From a virus (taxonomy: Duplodnaviria; Heunggongvirae; Uroviricota; Caudoviricetes): a stretch of 25,803 nucleotides of DNA. The stretch is taken from IMG/VR virus record IMGVR_UViG_3300045988_092979, positions 1 through 25,803 of that record, one strand, 5' to 3'. The notes under the pieces were generated by a model. That model saw only the letters and a program-made list of their open reading frames with translations. It was not told the DNA's origin and made no database searches. Made by a program: the position numbers and the translations under genes. Of this stretch, positions 1-7,556 are shown one piece after another (within the stretch, counting starts at the first letter, position 1; the number at the start of each line of letters is the position of its first letter).

Positions 1-501
1 ACGGACTGGCGCATTGTGCCGAAAGTTCCGGTCGTTGAGCCTTTGACTTTAAAAAGCGGCATCGCCGCGCCTCGGAGTCCTGTCAATAACTGTGGAAAGC
101 TCACTGGTGGTGATACTTCGTTACCGGCTCCCACACCTTCTGAGCACGCCGCAGCAGTGCTTAATCTGGTTGATGACGGTGTTATTGAATGGAATGAACC
201 GGAGGTCGTGAGGGCGCTCAGGGGCGCATTAAAACACGACCTGCGAACGCCAAACCGTCAGCAAAGAAACGGAAGCCCGTTAAAACCACATGAAATTGCA
301 CCATCGGCCAGACTGACCCGGTCGGAAAGAATGCAAATCACCCGTATCCGCGTTGACCTTGCTCAGAACGGTATCAGGCCGCAGCGATGGGAGCTTGAGG
401 CGCTGGCGCGTGGCGCGCCCGTAAATTATGACGGGAAAAAATTCACGTATCCGGTCGCTGATGAGTGGCCGGGATTCTCAACAGTAATGGAGTGGAAATG
501 A
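1..501 (+). CDS. 3' portion of a gene that begins upstream of the window; product uncertain, possibly a replication-module protein
   Basis: Reading frame is open from nt 1 with no in-frame stop; the track ORF at 16 begins on GTG. Stop TGA 499-501 overlaps the next start (ATGA). Lies upstream of the tin/old-equivalent position in P2 order. Confidence 0.4.
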   Translation, partial: TDWRIVPKVPVVEPLTLKSGIAAPRSPVNNCGKLTGGDTSLPAPTPSEHAAAVLNLVDDGVIEWNEPEVVRALRGALKHDLRTPNRQQRNGSPLKPHEIAPSARLTRSERMQITRIRVDLAQNGIRPQRWELEALARGAPVNYDGKKFTYPVADEWPGFSTVMEWK

Positions 502-953
502 TGGCAAAAATTCACGAGGTAAAGCTGCACGCCAAATATTTTGACCTTGTGCTGGAAGGAAAGAAACGCGCAGAGTTTCGGAAAAATGACCGTAATTATG
601 AGCGCGGGGACACGTTGATTTTGCATGAATGGGTACAGGGTGTGTATACGGGGCGAAAGGTTGAAGCCCGGATAACAGATGTTACTGACCTGTCAGACTG
701 GCTGGAAGATTATGTCTTGCTAAGTATTGAGCTGCTTAATACAGGCGCATATGAGATTGTGAACTGGAAAGAACTTAGTGAGCGTGGTCTGGTATTCAGA
801 ATTAATCATGAAATTATGCATCAGCTCGGCCTTGCTGTTATGTATGAACCAGAGACGGGGATGTCTGGCGGGGCAATGGTTGCCACGGATGGAGCATGGA
901 ACTATTCAGATGAACAGATGGAGCGTGCACAGCAAAACGGGTGGCTTGGATAA
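498..953 (+). CDS. hypothetical protein, possibly ASCH/PUA-like (DUF3850-like) small protein
   Basis: ATG at 498 and 501 preceded by GGAG (489-492). N-terminal segment KLHAKYFDLVLEGKKRAEFRKNDRNYERGD resembles ASCH-type proteins by recall only. Stop TAA 951-953. Confidence 0.45.
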   Translation: MMAKIHEVKLHAKYFDLVLEGKKRAEFRKNDRNYERGDTLILHEWVQGVYTGRKVEARITDVTDLSDWLEDYVLLSIELLNTGAYEIVNWKELSERGLVFRINHEIMHQLGLAVMYEPETGMSGGAMVATDGAWNYSDEQMERAQQNGWLG

Positions 954-1165
954 TGCACAGAATACCAGGCGAGATACCGCACCATAAAACTAAAAATATC
1001 AAGCTGATGGCTATTGTTCACCGTCTACAGCAGATTATGGTCAACGAAAATCTGACGCCCGATGAGCTAGTCGGGTGTGCCGAAATAGTCCGGGATAATT
1101 ACGGGCGACTTAACTATATCGGTATCGGTCAGTCCAGAGTTGCGCCACCACCACGTAGACGATAG
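953..1165 (+). CDS. small hypothetical protein
   Basis: ATG at 953 overlaps the upstream stop (TAATG); the track start at 941 is GTG. No recognisable motif. Confidence 0.3.
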   Translation: MHRIPGEIPHHKTKNIKLMAIVHRLQQIMVNENLTPDELVGCAEIVRDNYGRLNYIGIGQSRVAPPPRRR

Positions 1166-1291
1166 AGAACGCCGCCAGTCGTGAAACTTGTTTTCAGGGC
1201 TGGCGGGGTTGAACAACGAGCGAAGCGAGGCGTTAGTTCAATCGATGATCATAAGCTTATGAGTTAAGCCTCGAGATTTTGTAGAAAGGGT

Positions 1292-1299
1292 TGTATACT
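1292..1299 (+). promoter_or_regulatory. candidate extended -10 promoter element (TGTATACT) upstream of the methyltransferase gene
   Basis: TGnTATACT at 1292-1299, about 25 nt upstream of ATG 1324; GGAG RBS at 1317-1320. No convincing -35. Confidence 0.3.
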
Positions 1300-1323
1300 G
1301 GACATCGTATGGATCTGGAGTGA

Positions 1324-2349
1324 ATGATGATTGTAAAGGTGATAGACCTTTTTTGTGGTGCTGGCGGATTAACTCATGGTTTGCAACTCGCAGGTCTTGA
1401 TGTCGTTGCTGGTATTGACCTTGAGGGGGAATGTCGATTTCCCTATGAAAAAAACAATAAATCAAAGTTTATTGAGAAAGATATCGCTAAAGTAACCAAA
1501 GAGGAATTACTGAAGCTATATGGTGATGCGTCTATAAAAGTATTGGCTGGATGTGCACCTTGCCAACCTTTTTCAAAATATACTCAAGGAAAAGATAAAG
1601 CGGAAGATAAAAAATGGCCTCTTCTTTATGAGTTCGAGCGTTTAATTCGCGAGGTATCTCCAGAAATTGTAACAATGGAGAACGTGCCTGATGTAACTAA
1701 ACATAAAGTTTATAATGACTTTTATTATTCGTTGTTAGAACTGGGATATTATGTTTGGGCATCAAAGGTTGATTGTGTCGAATATGGAATTCCACAGAAC
1801 CGTTCTCGTCATGTATTGTTAGCCTCAAAGTTGGGGGAGATTGAGTTAGTAAAACGTAATGATGTTATTTTGAAAACTGTTAGGGATGCAATAGGTGGTC
1901 TTCCACCATTAGAAGATGGTCAAACAGATCCAAATGATATATTGCATAGAGCCAGTAAATTAAACTCGATTAATAAAAAAAGAATTATACACTCTATTCC
2001 AGGTGGTACATGGAAGGACTGGCCGGAAGAACTTATTGCTGCTTGTCATATGAAGTCTAGCGGTAAAGGGTATGCTAGCGTATATGGGAGGATGTCTTGG
2101 GATAAGCCAAGCCCGACAATTACAACTCTTTGTTATGGTTTTGGGAATGGTCGTTTTGGCCACCCAGAACAGAACAGAGCTATTTCTCTTAGAGAAGCGG
2201 CTTTGTTGCAAACATTTCCTATGGATTATGTTTTTGTTGAAGAACAGGAAAAGTTTGTTATAAGAAGTATTGGAAAAATGATAGGTAATGCTGTACCAGT
2301 TGAGTTAGGAAAAGTCATTGGGCAATCAATAAAAAATCATTTGAAATAA
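1324..2349 (+). CDS. DNA (cytosine-5)-methyltransferase
   Basis: Canonical C5-MTase motifs in the translation: FCGAGG (motif I, AdoMet binding), PCQPFS (motif IV, catalytic Cys), ENVPD (motif VI), QNRSR (motif VIII), GNAVPV near the C-terminus (motif X). AT-rich relative to the phage backbone by eye. Confidence 0.9.
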   Translation: MMIVKVIDLFCGAGGLTHGLQLAGLDVVAGIDLEGECRFPYEKNNKSKFIEKDIAKVTKEELLKLYGDASIKVLAGCAPCQPFSKYTQGKDKAEDKKWPLLYEFERLIREVSPEIVTMENVPDVTKHKVYNDFYYSLLELGYYVWASKVDCVEYGIPQNRSRHVLLASKLGEIELVKRNDVILKTVRDAIGGLPPLEDGQTDPNDILHRASKLNSINKKRIIHSIPGGTWKDWPEELIAACHMKSSGKGYASVYGRMSWDKPSPTITTLCYGFGNGRFGHPEQNRAISLREAALLQTFPMDYVFVEEQEKFVIRSIGKMIGNAVPVELGKVIGQSIKNHLK

Positions 2350-2355
2350 TAAAAT

Positions 2356-2372
2356 GGCCTGCTTTGCAGGCC
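2356..2372. terminator. bidirectional rho-independent terminator hairpin between convergent genes
   Basis: Perfect 7-bp stem GGCCTGC / GCAGGCC with TTT loop; A-rich on the left (T-run for the minus-strand transcript) and T-rich on the right (TTGTGATTATTTC). Confidence 0.6.
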
Positions 2373-2378
2373 TTGTGA

Positions 2379-3059
2379 TTATTTCTCTAAGTATTCATTA
2401 TTATTTATATAATGTTCTATATTATTCGCGATTGCATCAAGATAGGCTATTACTTCTAATGAAATATTCTCTAAATCCTGATATGAAACATTTTTCCCAA
2501 TCTCAGCAAATGATACATTTCCATGAGATAAATCATTGCGATGCTGTTTAACGGTGGCTAATTTTTCACCATGTTTAGTGTGAGTGTAATCAGAATGGGT
2601 TGAAAATCCATATATTTTCGATTTTTCTTTTATTTCCTCTCTATCAATATTGCCTGAAAATATTTTCTTTTTGTTGAATGTACCATAAGAAATACCACAG
2701 GATATGCCTTTAGTAAGTCCGCCGATTAAATTATCGATGTTAACAGATTCATTTTTTAATCTTTTTAAAATTTCTGATTTTAGGTTTTTTTTAAGTTTAT
2801 CAAACTCTATGTTTCTATCATAAATAGTCTCATGTATAAGGCAGATAGCCTCTCTCATTGTTGATTCAATAAGGTTGTATAATAGTATATACACTGCACC
2901 CTTTAGAGTTTTTCGTGATTGAGATGTAATGGTGAACTTATGTTCTTTATTATCGGATGATATCAATTCCGCACCAGCATGCTCAATAAATTTTAAAAGA
3001 TCTAAATAGGCCAAGATTTCTCCTGACCTTTCGTCAAAATCCTCACGAAAACGATCCAT
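2379..3059 (-). CDS. HEPN-like predicted RNase/effector protein (R-x4-H motif); second gene of a two-gene operon
   Basis: 226 aa; C-terminal region contains KQHRNDLSHG, matching the HEPN R-x4-H signature. Start ATG 3059-3057 preceded by GAGGA; separated by one nucleotide from the stop of the upstream DUF262 gene. AT-rich. Confidence 0.6.
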   Translation of the reverse strand: MDRFREDFDERSGEILAYLDLLKFIEHAGAELISSDNKEHKFTITSQSRKTLKGAVYILLYNLIESTMREAICLIHETIYDRNIEFDKLKKNLKSEILKRLKNESVNIDNLIGGLTKGISCGISYGTFNKKKIFSGNIDREEIKEKSKIYGFSTHSDYTHTKHGEKLATVKQHRNDLSHGNVSFAEIGKNVSYQDLENISLEVIAYLDAIANNIEHYINNNEYLEK

Positions 3060-3060
3060 G

Positions 3061-4203
3061 TTAATCCTCTAATAGTTTGTCTCGCACATATTCAATTCGT
3101 TCAATTACCTTCACGCGACTATTTGCTCCGTCGGAGGTGGTTAATTGTTTGAATTCTTCTGAGCTTAGCCAATCTAAGTTTTTGGGGACAAGGTTAGGCT
3201 CTAGACGTAATGCGAGTGCAGCACCAACAGCGAGAGATTCAAATCTAACTCGAGGTGTGGATTTTGCAGTGATAGTTTTCTTAAAGCCTGCTGGGAAATG
3301 GTTTTCAACGAAAGACAGAACATTCGAAAACTCTTCTTTCATTGAGTTTTGTTCAGCTTCATCTATATCACTCTTTTCCTTCATGTAATCATTCAGAAAA
3401 TCACGCACGGAATGATCAAATTTCTTATATTTATCTAAGTAAGCAAAGAATCTCAATGTAAATTCTAACCGTTCATCTCGTTTTTCTTTAGCCTCAGATA
3501 AAGGTGCTAACTCCTTAAATTTAGATATTGTCGAGCATGGCTTAATAACCTGCGTATATAAATTTGTTGAGCCAAGTTCTGAACCTTTACGAACTTCCAT
3601 ATCTTTCAATATGTCACTACCAGAGTTAATTCGCTCAAAAAGATCCCTGCGGGTTTCTTCATTGCATTTAGAACTCAACTCTATAACACGCACAGGAATT
3701 CTCATGAAACGGCGTTGGCGTGATAATGGTAAATCTTGGAATCTGAAACCATTAAGAGAACTTAAAGATTTCAGATCTTGTAAAACTAATTCATTGTGGA
3801 TAAACGCATGTATGGTTCTAACACGCTGTGAGCCATCAACAATTTCAATCCGTCCATCTAAATCGGGATCTTCTGAAAAGACATCAGCTGTAAATATATA
3901 TGGTATAGGGAAGCCCAAAATTAAAGACTCTATTAATCTTGATTGTCTCTTTTCATTCCAAACAAAGTCCCTTTGATAATCAGGAACAAAGAGTTCGTTG
4001 GTATCATCCTCTAACCCGTTATGATATTTATTAACTAATAACTCAACAGTAAATTCTTTGGTCTCAAAGTCAACATCCTTTTGCTCTGCGCGAATTTGCT
4101 CTTCAGCCTCTTGTTTTATAACTTCTAGCTGAGCTAGGAGTTCTGCCCTTTTTTTGGCATTATCTTCATGTTCTAGTTGAGATTTTAACCCAATAATATC
4201 CAT
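3061..4203 (-). CDS. DUF262 (ParB/sulfiredoxin-like NTP-binding) domain protein, GmrSD N-terminal-domain-like, without a fused DUF1524/HNH nuclease domain
   Basis: 380 aa; FVPDYQRDFVW and IEIVDGSQRV match the two hallmark DUF262 motifs (YQRxYxW and DGQQR). Start ATG 4203-4201 preceded by AAGGGA. AT-rich, coiled-coil-like N-terminus. Confidence 0.7.
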   Translation of the reverse strand: MDIIGLKSQLEHEDNAKKRAELLAQLEVIKQEAEEQIRAEQKDVDFETKEFTVELLVNKYHNGLEDDTNELFVPDYQRDFVWNEKRQSRLIESLILGFPIPYIFTADVFSEDPDLDGRIEIVDGSQRVRTIHAFIHNELVLQDLKSLSSLNGFRFQDLPLSRQRRFMRIPVRVIELSSKCNEETRRDLFERINSGSDILKDMEVRKGSELGSTNLYTQVIKPCSTISKFKELAPLSEAKEKRDERLEFTLRFFAYLDKYKKFDHSVRDFLNDYMKEKSDIDEAEQNSMKEEFSNVLSFVENHFPAGFKKTITAKSTPRVRFESLAVGAALALRLEPNLVPKNLDWLSSEEFKQLTTSDGANSRVKVIERIEYVRDKLLED

Positions 4204-4277
4204 ATCCAGATCCCTTAATGATTGTTATAAATGAAAACAGATAGCATACCGCATAGATCAGGAAAAATGCCATCGCA

Positions 4278-4294
4278 TGCATGAATTTGCATGA
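4278..4294. promoter_or_regulatory. candidate operator: direct repeat TGCATGA x2 with 10-bp register, in the promoter region of the minus-strand operon
   Basis: TGCATGA at 4278-4284 and 4288-4294, embedded in overlapping GCATGC/ATGCAT palindromes, about 75-90 nt upstream of the DUF262 start codon. Confidence 0.3.
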
Positions 4295-4387
4295 GAGAAA
4301 GATTACCATTTGGGATTAGCTTTGCCAGTGCTGATGGGTTTTGGAATTTAATCATGTACTGCATCAAAACCGCCTCATGAAGCGGGC

Positions 4388-4406
4388 GGGCGAGGCGGGG
4401 AAAGCA
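4388..4406. other. cos cohesive-end sequence of P2-type phage (GGCGAGGCGGGGAAAGCAC)
   Basis: Exact 19-nt string that I recall as the P2/P4 cohesive end. It lies between the tin/old-equivalent cargo and gene Q, as expected for P2 genome topology. Confidence 0.6.
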
Positions 4407-4549
4407 CTGCGCGCTGGCGGTGGTGCTGATTTTATTTTTTCAGCGTCTCAGCGCGTCGTAATGGCGTTTAGATTGTGCGCCGGGGCGCTGGTGTGTCTGC
4501 GGGCTGTTTTGTGCGGTGGTGAGTGTGTGAGGGCGTGATGACGGGGTGT

Positions 4550-4571
4550 AAAAAAGCCGCCCGCAGGCGGC
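4550..4571 (-). terminator. rho-independent terminator downstream of portal gene Q
   Basis: On the minus strand: stem GCCGCC-(TGCG loop)-GGCGGC followed by TTTTTT (top-strand A-run 4550-4555), immediately 3' of the Q stop codon (4577-4579). Confidence 0.7.
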
Positions 4572-4576
4572 GATGT

Positions 4577-5611
4577 TCAGCCGTTGTCTGTGTCCAGTGA
4601 GTAGTTTTTAAAGCGGATGACCTCCTGACCGAGCCAGCCGTTTATTTCCCGAATCCTGTCCTGTAACGGGATAAGCTCATTGCGGACAAAGACCTTTGCC
4701 ACTTTCTCAATATCACCCAGCGACCCGACGTTCTCCGGCTTGCCTCCCATCAACTGAAAGGGGATGCGGTGCGCGTCCAGCAGGTCAGCGGCGCTGGCTT
4801 TTTTGATATTAAAAAAATCGTCCTTCGTTGCCACTTCACTGAGCGGGATAATTTTAATGCCGTCGGCTTTCCCCTGTGGGGCATAGAGAAACAGGTTTTT
4901 AAAGTTGTTGCGGCCTTTCGACTTAACCATGTTTTCGCGAAGCATTTCGATATCGTTGCGATCCTGCACGGCATCGGTAACGTACATGATGTATCCGGCA
5001 TGCGCGCCGTTTTCGTAATACTTGCGGCGGAACAGTGTGGCCGACTCATTCAGCCAGGCAGAGTTAAGGGCGCTGAGATATTCCGGCAGGCCGTACAGCT
5101 CCTGATTAATATCCGGCTCCAGCAGGTGAAACACGGAGCCGGGCGCGAAGGCTGTCGGCTCGTTGAAGGACGGCACCCACCAGTAAACATCCTCCTCCAC
5201 GCCACGGCGGGTATATTTTGCCGGTGAGGTTTCCAGTCTGATGACCTTACCGGTGGTGCTGTAACGCTTTTCCAGAAACGCATTACCGAACACCAGAAAA
5301 TCCAGCACAAAGCGGCTGAAATCCTGTTGCGAAAGCCACGGGTGCGGAATAAACGTTGAAGCCAGAATATTACGTTTGACGTAAATCGGTGAACTGTGAT
5401 GCACGGCAGCACGCAGGCTTTTTGCCAGACCGGTAAAGCTGACCGGTGGCTCATACCATCTGCCGTTACTGATGCACTCGATGTAATCCAGAATGTCACG
5501 GCGGTCGAGTACCGGCACCGGTTCACCAAAGGTGAATGCCTCCATTTTCGGGGCGCTGGCGGTCATTTTTTTTGCCGCTGGTCGCGGTGTTTTCCCTTTT
5601 TTCTTGCTCAT
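4577..5611 (-). CDS. Q: portal (capsid portal vertex) protein
   Basis: 344 aa, the size and position of P2 gpQ; basic N-terminus MSKKKGKTPRPAAKK. Start overlaps the stop of P by 1 nt (translational coupling). Confidence 0.9.
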   Translation of the reverse strand: MSKKKGKTPRPAAKKMTASAPKMEAFTFGEPVPVLDRRDILDYIECISNGRWYEPPVSFTGLAKSLRAAVHHSSPIYVKRNILASTFIPHPWLSQQDFSRFVLDFLVFGNAFLEKRYSTTGKVIRLETSPAKYTRRGVEEDVYWWVPSFNEPTAFAPGSVFHLLEPDINQELYGLPEYLSALNSAWLNESATLFRRKYYENGAHAGYIMYVTDAVQDRNDIEMLRENMVKSKGRNNFKNLFLYAPQGKADGIKIIPLSEVATKDDFFNIKKASAADLLDAHRIPFQLMGGKPENVGSLGDIEKVAKVFVRNELIPLQDRIREINGWLGQEVIRFKNYSLDTDNG

Positions 5612-7383
5612 CAGTAAAACTCCAGAATGGTGGATGTCAGCGGAGTGCTGATACCCGCGGTGAGTGGCTCATTTAACAGGGCGTGCATGGTCGCCCAGGC
5701 GAGGTCGGCGTGGCTGGCTTCCTCGCTGCGGCTGGCCTCATAGGTGGCGCTGCGTCCGCTGCTGGTCATGGTCTTGCGGATAGCCATAAACGAGCTGGTG
5801 ATGTCGGTGGCGCTGACGTCATATTCCAGACAGCCACGGCGGATGACGTCTTTTGCCTTGAGCACCATTGCGGTTTTCATTTCCGGCGTGTAGCGGATGT
5901 CGCGCGCGGCGGGATAGAACGAGCGCACGAGCTGGAACACGCCGACACCGAGGCCGGTGGCATCAATACCGATGTATTCGACGTTATATTTTTCGGTGAG
6001 TTTGCGGATGGATTCAGCCTGGGTGGCAAAGTCCATGCCTTTCCACTGGTGACGCTCAAGTATTCTGAATTTGCCACCGGCCACCACCGGCGGTGCCAGC
6101 ACCACGCATCCGGCGCTGTCGCCACGGTGTGACGGGTCGTAACCAATCCAGACCGGGCGGGAGCCGAACGGATTCGCGGCAAACGGCGCATAGTCTTCCC
6201 ATTCTTCCAGCGTGTCGACCATGCAGCGTTGCAGCTCCTCGAACGGGAACACCGACGCCTTGTCGTCAACAAATTCACACATGAACAGGTTTTTAAAATC
6301 GTCGGCGCTGTTTTCACGTTTGAGCTGCTCAATGTCGAACAGCGTGCAGCCGCCTTTCAGGGCGTCCTCAATGGTGACAATCTGCCGCCACTGGCCGTCC
6401 GCACAGAGAAGACCTCCGGCAAGGGCGTTATGACTGACGTCGATTTCCACGCGTTCGGCGGCGCTGGCGCGTCCCCGGTTGAACAGTTCACCCGACCAGA
6501 ACGGGTAGGCGTCGTGCGCCAGCGTGGACGGGGTGGAGAAATAGGTCGAGCGCAGGTGACTCTGTGAGGCCATACCTGATGCCACCTTACGCAGTACCTG
6601 AAAATTCGGGATCCAGAAAATCTCGTCGACGTACAGGTCGCCGTTATGGCTCTGTGCGGTGTTGGAGTTGGTGCCGAGAAAAATCAGTTTTGCGCCGTTA
6701 TTGCCCAGGACAATCGGGTCACCGGTCAGGTCAACGTCAACCAGCCGGGCAAAGGCGATGATGTATTCGCGGAACACATACGCCTGCGTTTTACTGGCCG
6801 ACAGAAAAATCTGGTTATGACCGGTTTTCAGGGCGCGCAGCAGCGCCTCGCGGGAAAAATAAAACGTCGCGCCAATCTGGCGGGATTTCAGGATATCGCG
6901 GATGCGGTGCTCAAGCCCGGCGCGATACCAGTGCAACTGATATTCGAAAGACTGCTCAAAGAAAATCTGCTCCAGCTTTTCGATGGCCTCGTCACTGAAA
7001 AAATTCTTTTTCGGTTTGCGACGCCCGCCTTTGTTGCGGTTAGCGACGTTCGGATTAAGGTCTGCCTCGTTGCCGGTCTGACTGTAGCGGTTTACCCGTG
7101 CCAGTCGTTCAATCTGGCGTCCCAGCAGGTCAATTTCCTTGAAGTCACCGCCGGTTTTCTGCGGTTTGATGATGAGCTGGGTCAGTCGCGCTTCCAGACT
7201 CATTTCGACACGGCTGATGGGGGCAACGCTGTCCCAGCCGTCGCGCTGTTTCCAGCTCTGCACCGTCGGACGTTTCATCTGCAACATGGCGGCAATCTGC
7301 GGCACGGAAAACCCCTGCCAGTACAGCAGCGCCGCCTGACGACGCGGGTCGTGTAAAAGAGTGGTGTCTGTGGTGATGGTCAT
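5611..7383 (-). CDS. P: terminase large (ATPase) subunit
   Basis: Start chosen at ATG 7383 (MTITTDTTLLHDPRRQAALLYWQGF...), with GAGGT RBS upstream; the track ORF extends 10 codons further. Size about 590 aa and position match P2 gpP. Confidence 0.9.
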   Translation of the reverse strand: MTITTDTTLLHDPRRQAALLYWQGFSVPQIAAMLQMKRPTVQSWKQRDGWDSVAPISRVEMSLEARLTQLIIKPQKTGGDFKEIDLLGRQIERLARVNRYSQTGNEADLNPNVANRNKGGRRKPKKNFFSDEAIEKLEQIFFEQSFEYQLHWYRAGLEHRIRDILKSRQIGATFYFSREALLRALKTGHNQIFLSASKTQAYVFREYIIAFARLVDVDLTGDPIVLGNNGAKLIFLGTNSNTAQSHNGDLYVDEIFWIPNFQVLRKVASGMASQSHLRSTYFSTPSTLAHDAYPFWSGELFNRGRASAAERVEIDVSHNALAGGLLCADGQWRQIVTIEDALKGGCTLFDIEQLKRENSADDFKNLFMCEFVDDKASVFPFEELQRCMVDTLEEWEDYAPFAANPFGSRPVWIGYDPSHRGDSAGCVVLAPPVVAGGKFRILERHQWKGMDFATQAESIRKLTEKYNVEYIGIDATGLGVGVFQLVRSFYPAARDIRYTPEMKTAMVLKAKDVIRRGCLEYDVSATDITSSFMAIRKTMTSSGRSATYEASRSEEASHADLAWATMHALLNEPLTAGISTPLTSTILEFY

Positions 7384-7556
7384 GAATACCTCGCCGTGAT
7401 GAATACACGGCAAGGCTACTGAGTCGCGCCCCGCGATTCGCTAAGGTGCTGTTGTGTCAGTGATAAGCCATCCGGGACTGATGGCGGAGGATGCGCATCG
7501 TCGGGAAACTGATGCCGACATGTGACTCCTCTAATCACTATTCAGGACTCCTGACA
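7384..7556. promoter_or_regulatory. divergent late promoter region between P (minus) and O (plus)
   Basis: 173-bp intergenic gap between divergently transcribed operons, the position of the P2 PP/PO late promoters. Specific promoter elements not verified. Confidence 0.5.

Noticed and set aside
1238-1465. 75-aa minus-strand ORF across the methyltransferase promoter and start
   Set aside because: Overlaps the MTase 5' end on the opposite strand and the palindrome cluster; no RBS; likely spurious.
4341-4538. 65-aa plus-strand ORF between the DUF262 gene and Q
   Set aside because: It overlaps the cos sequence and GC-rich packaging region, has no RBS and a low-complexity Ala/Gly/Cys-rich translation; most likely a chance ORF.
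5683-7356. Several plus-strand ORFs (for example 5683-6132, 6229-6567, 6646-7356) inside the terminase gene region
   Set aside because: They lie antisense to the well-supported minus-strand P gene, in GC-rich DNA where long spurious ORFs are common; translations are low-complexity.
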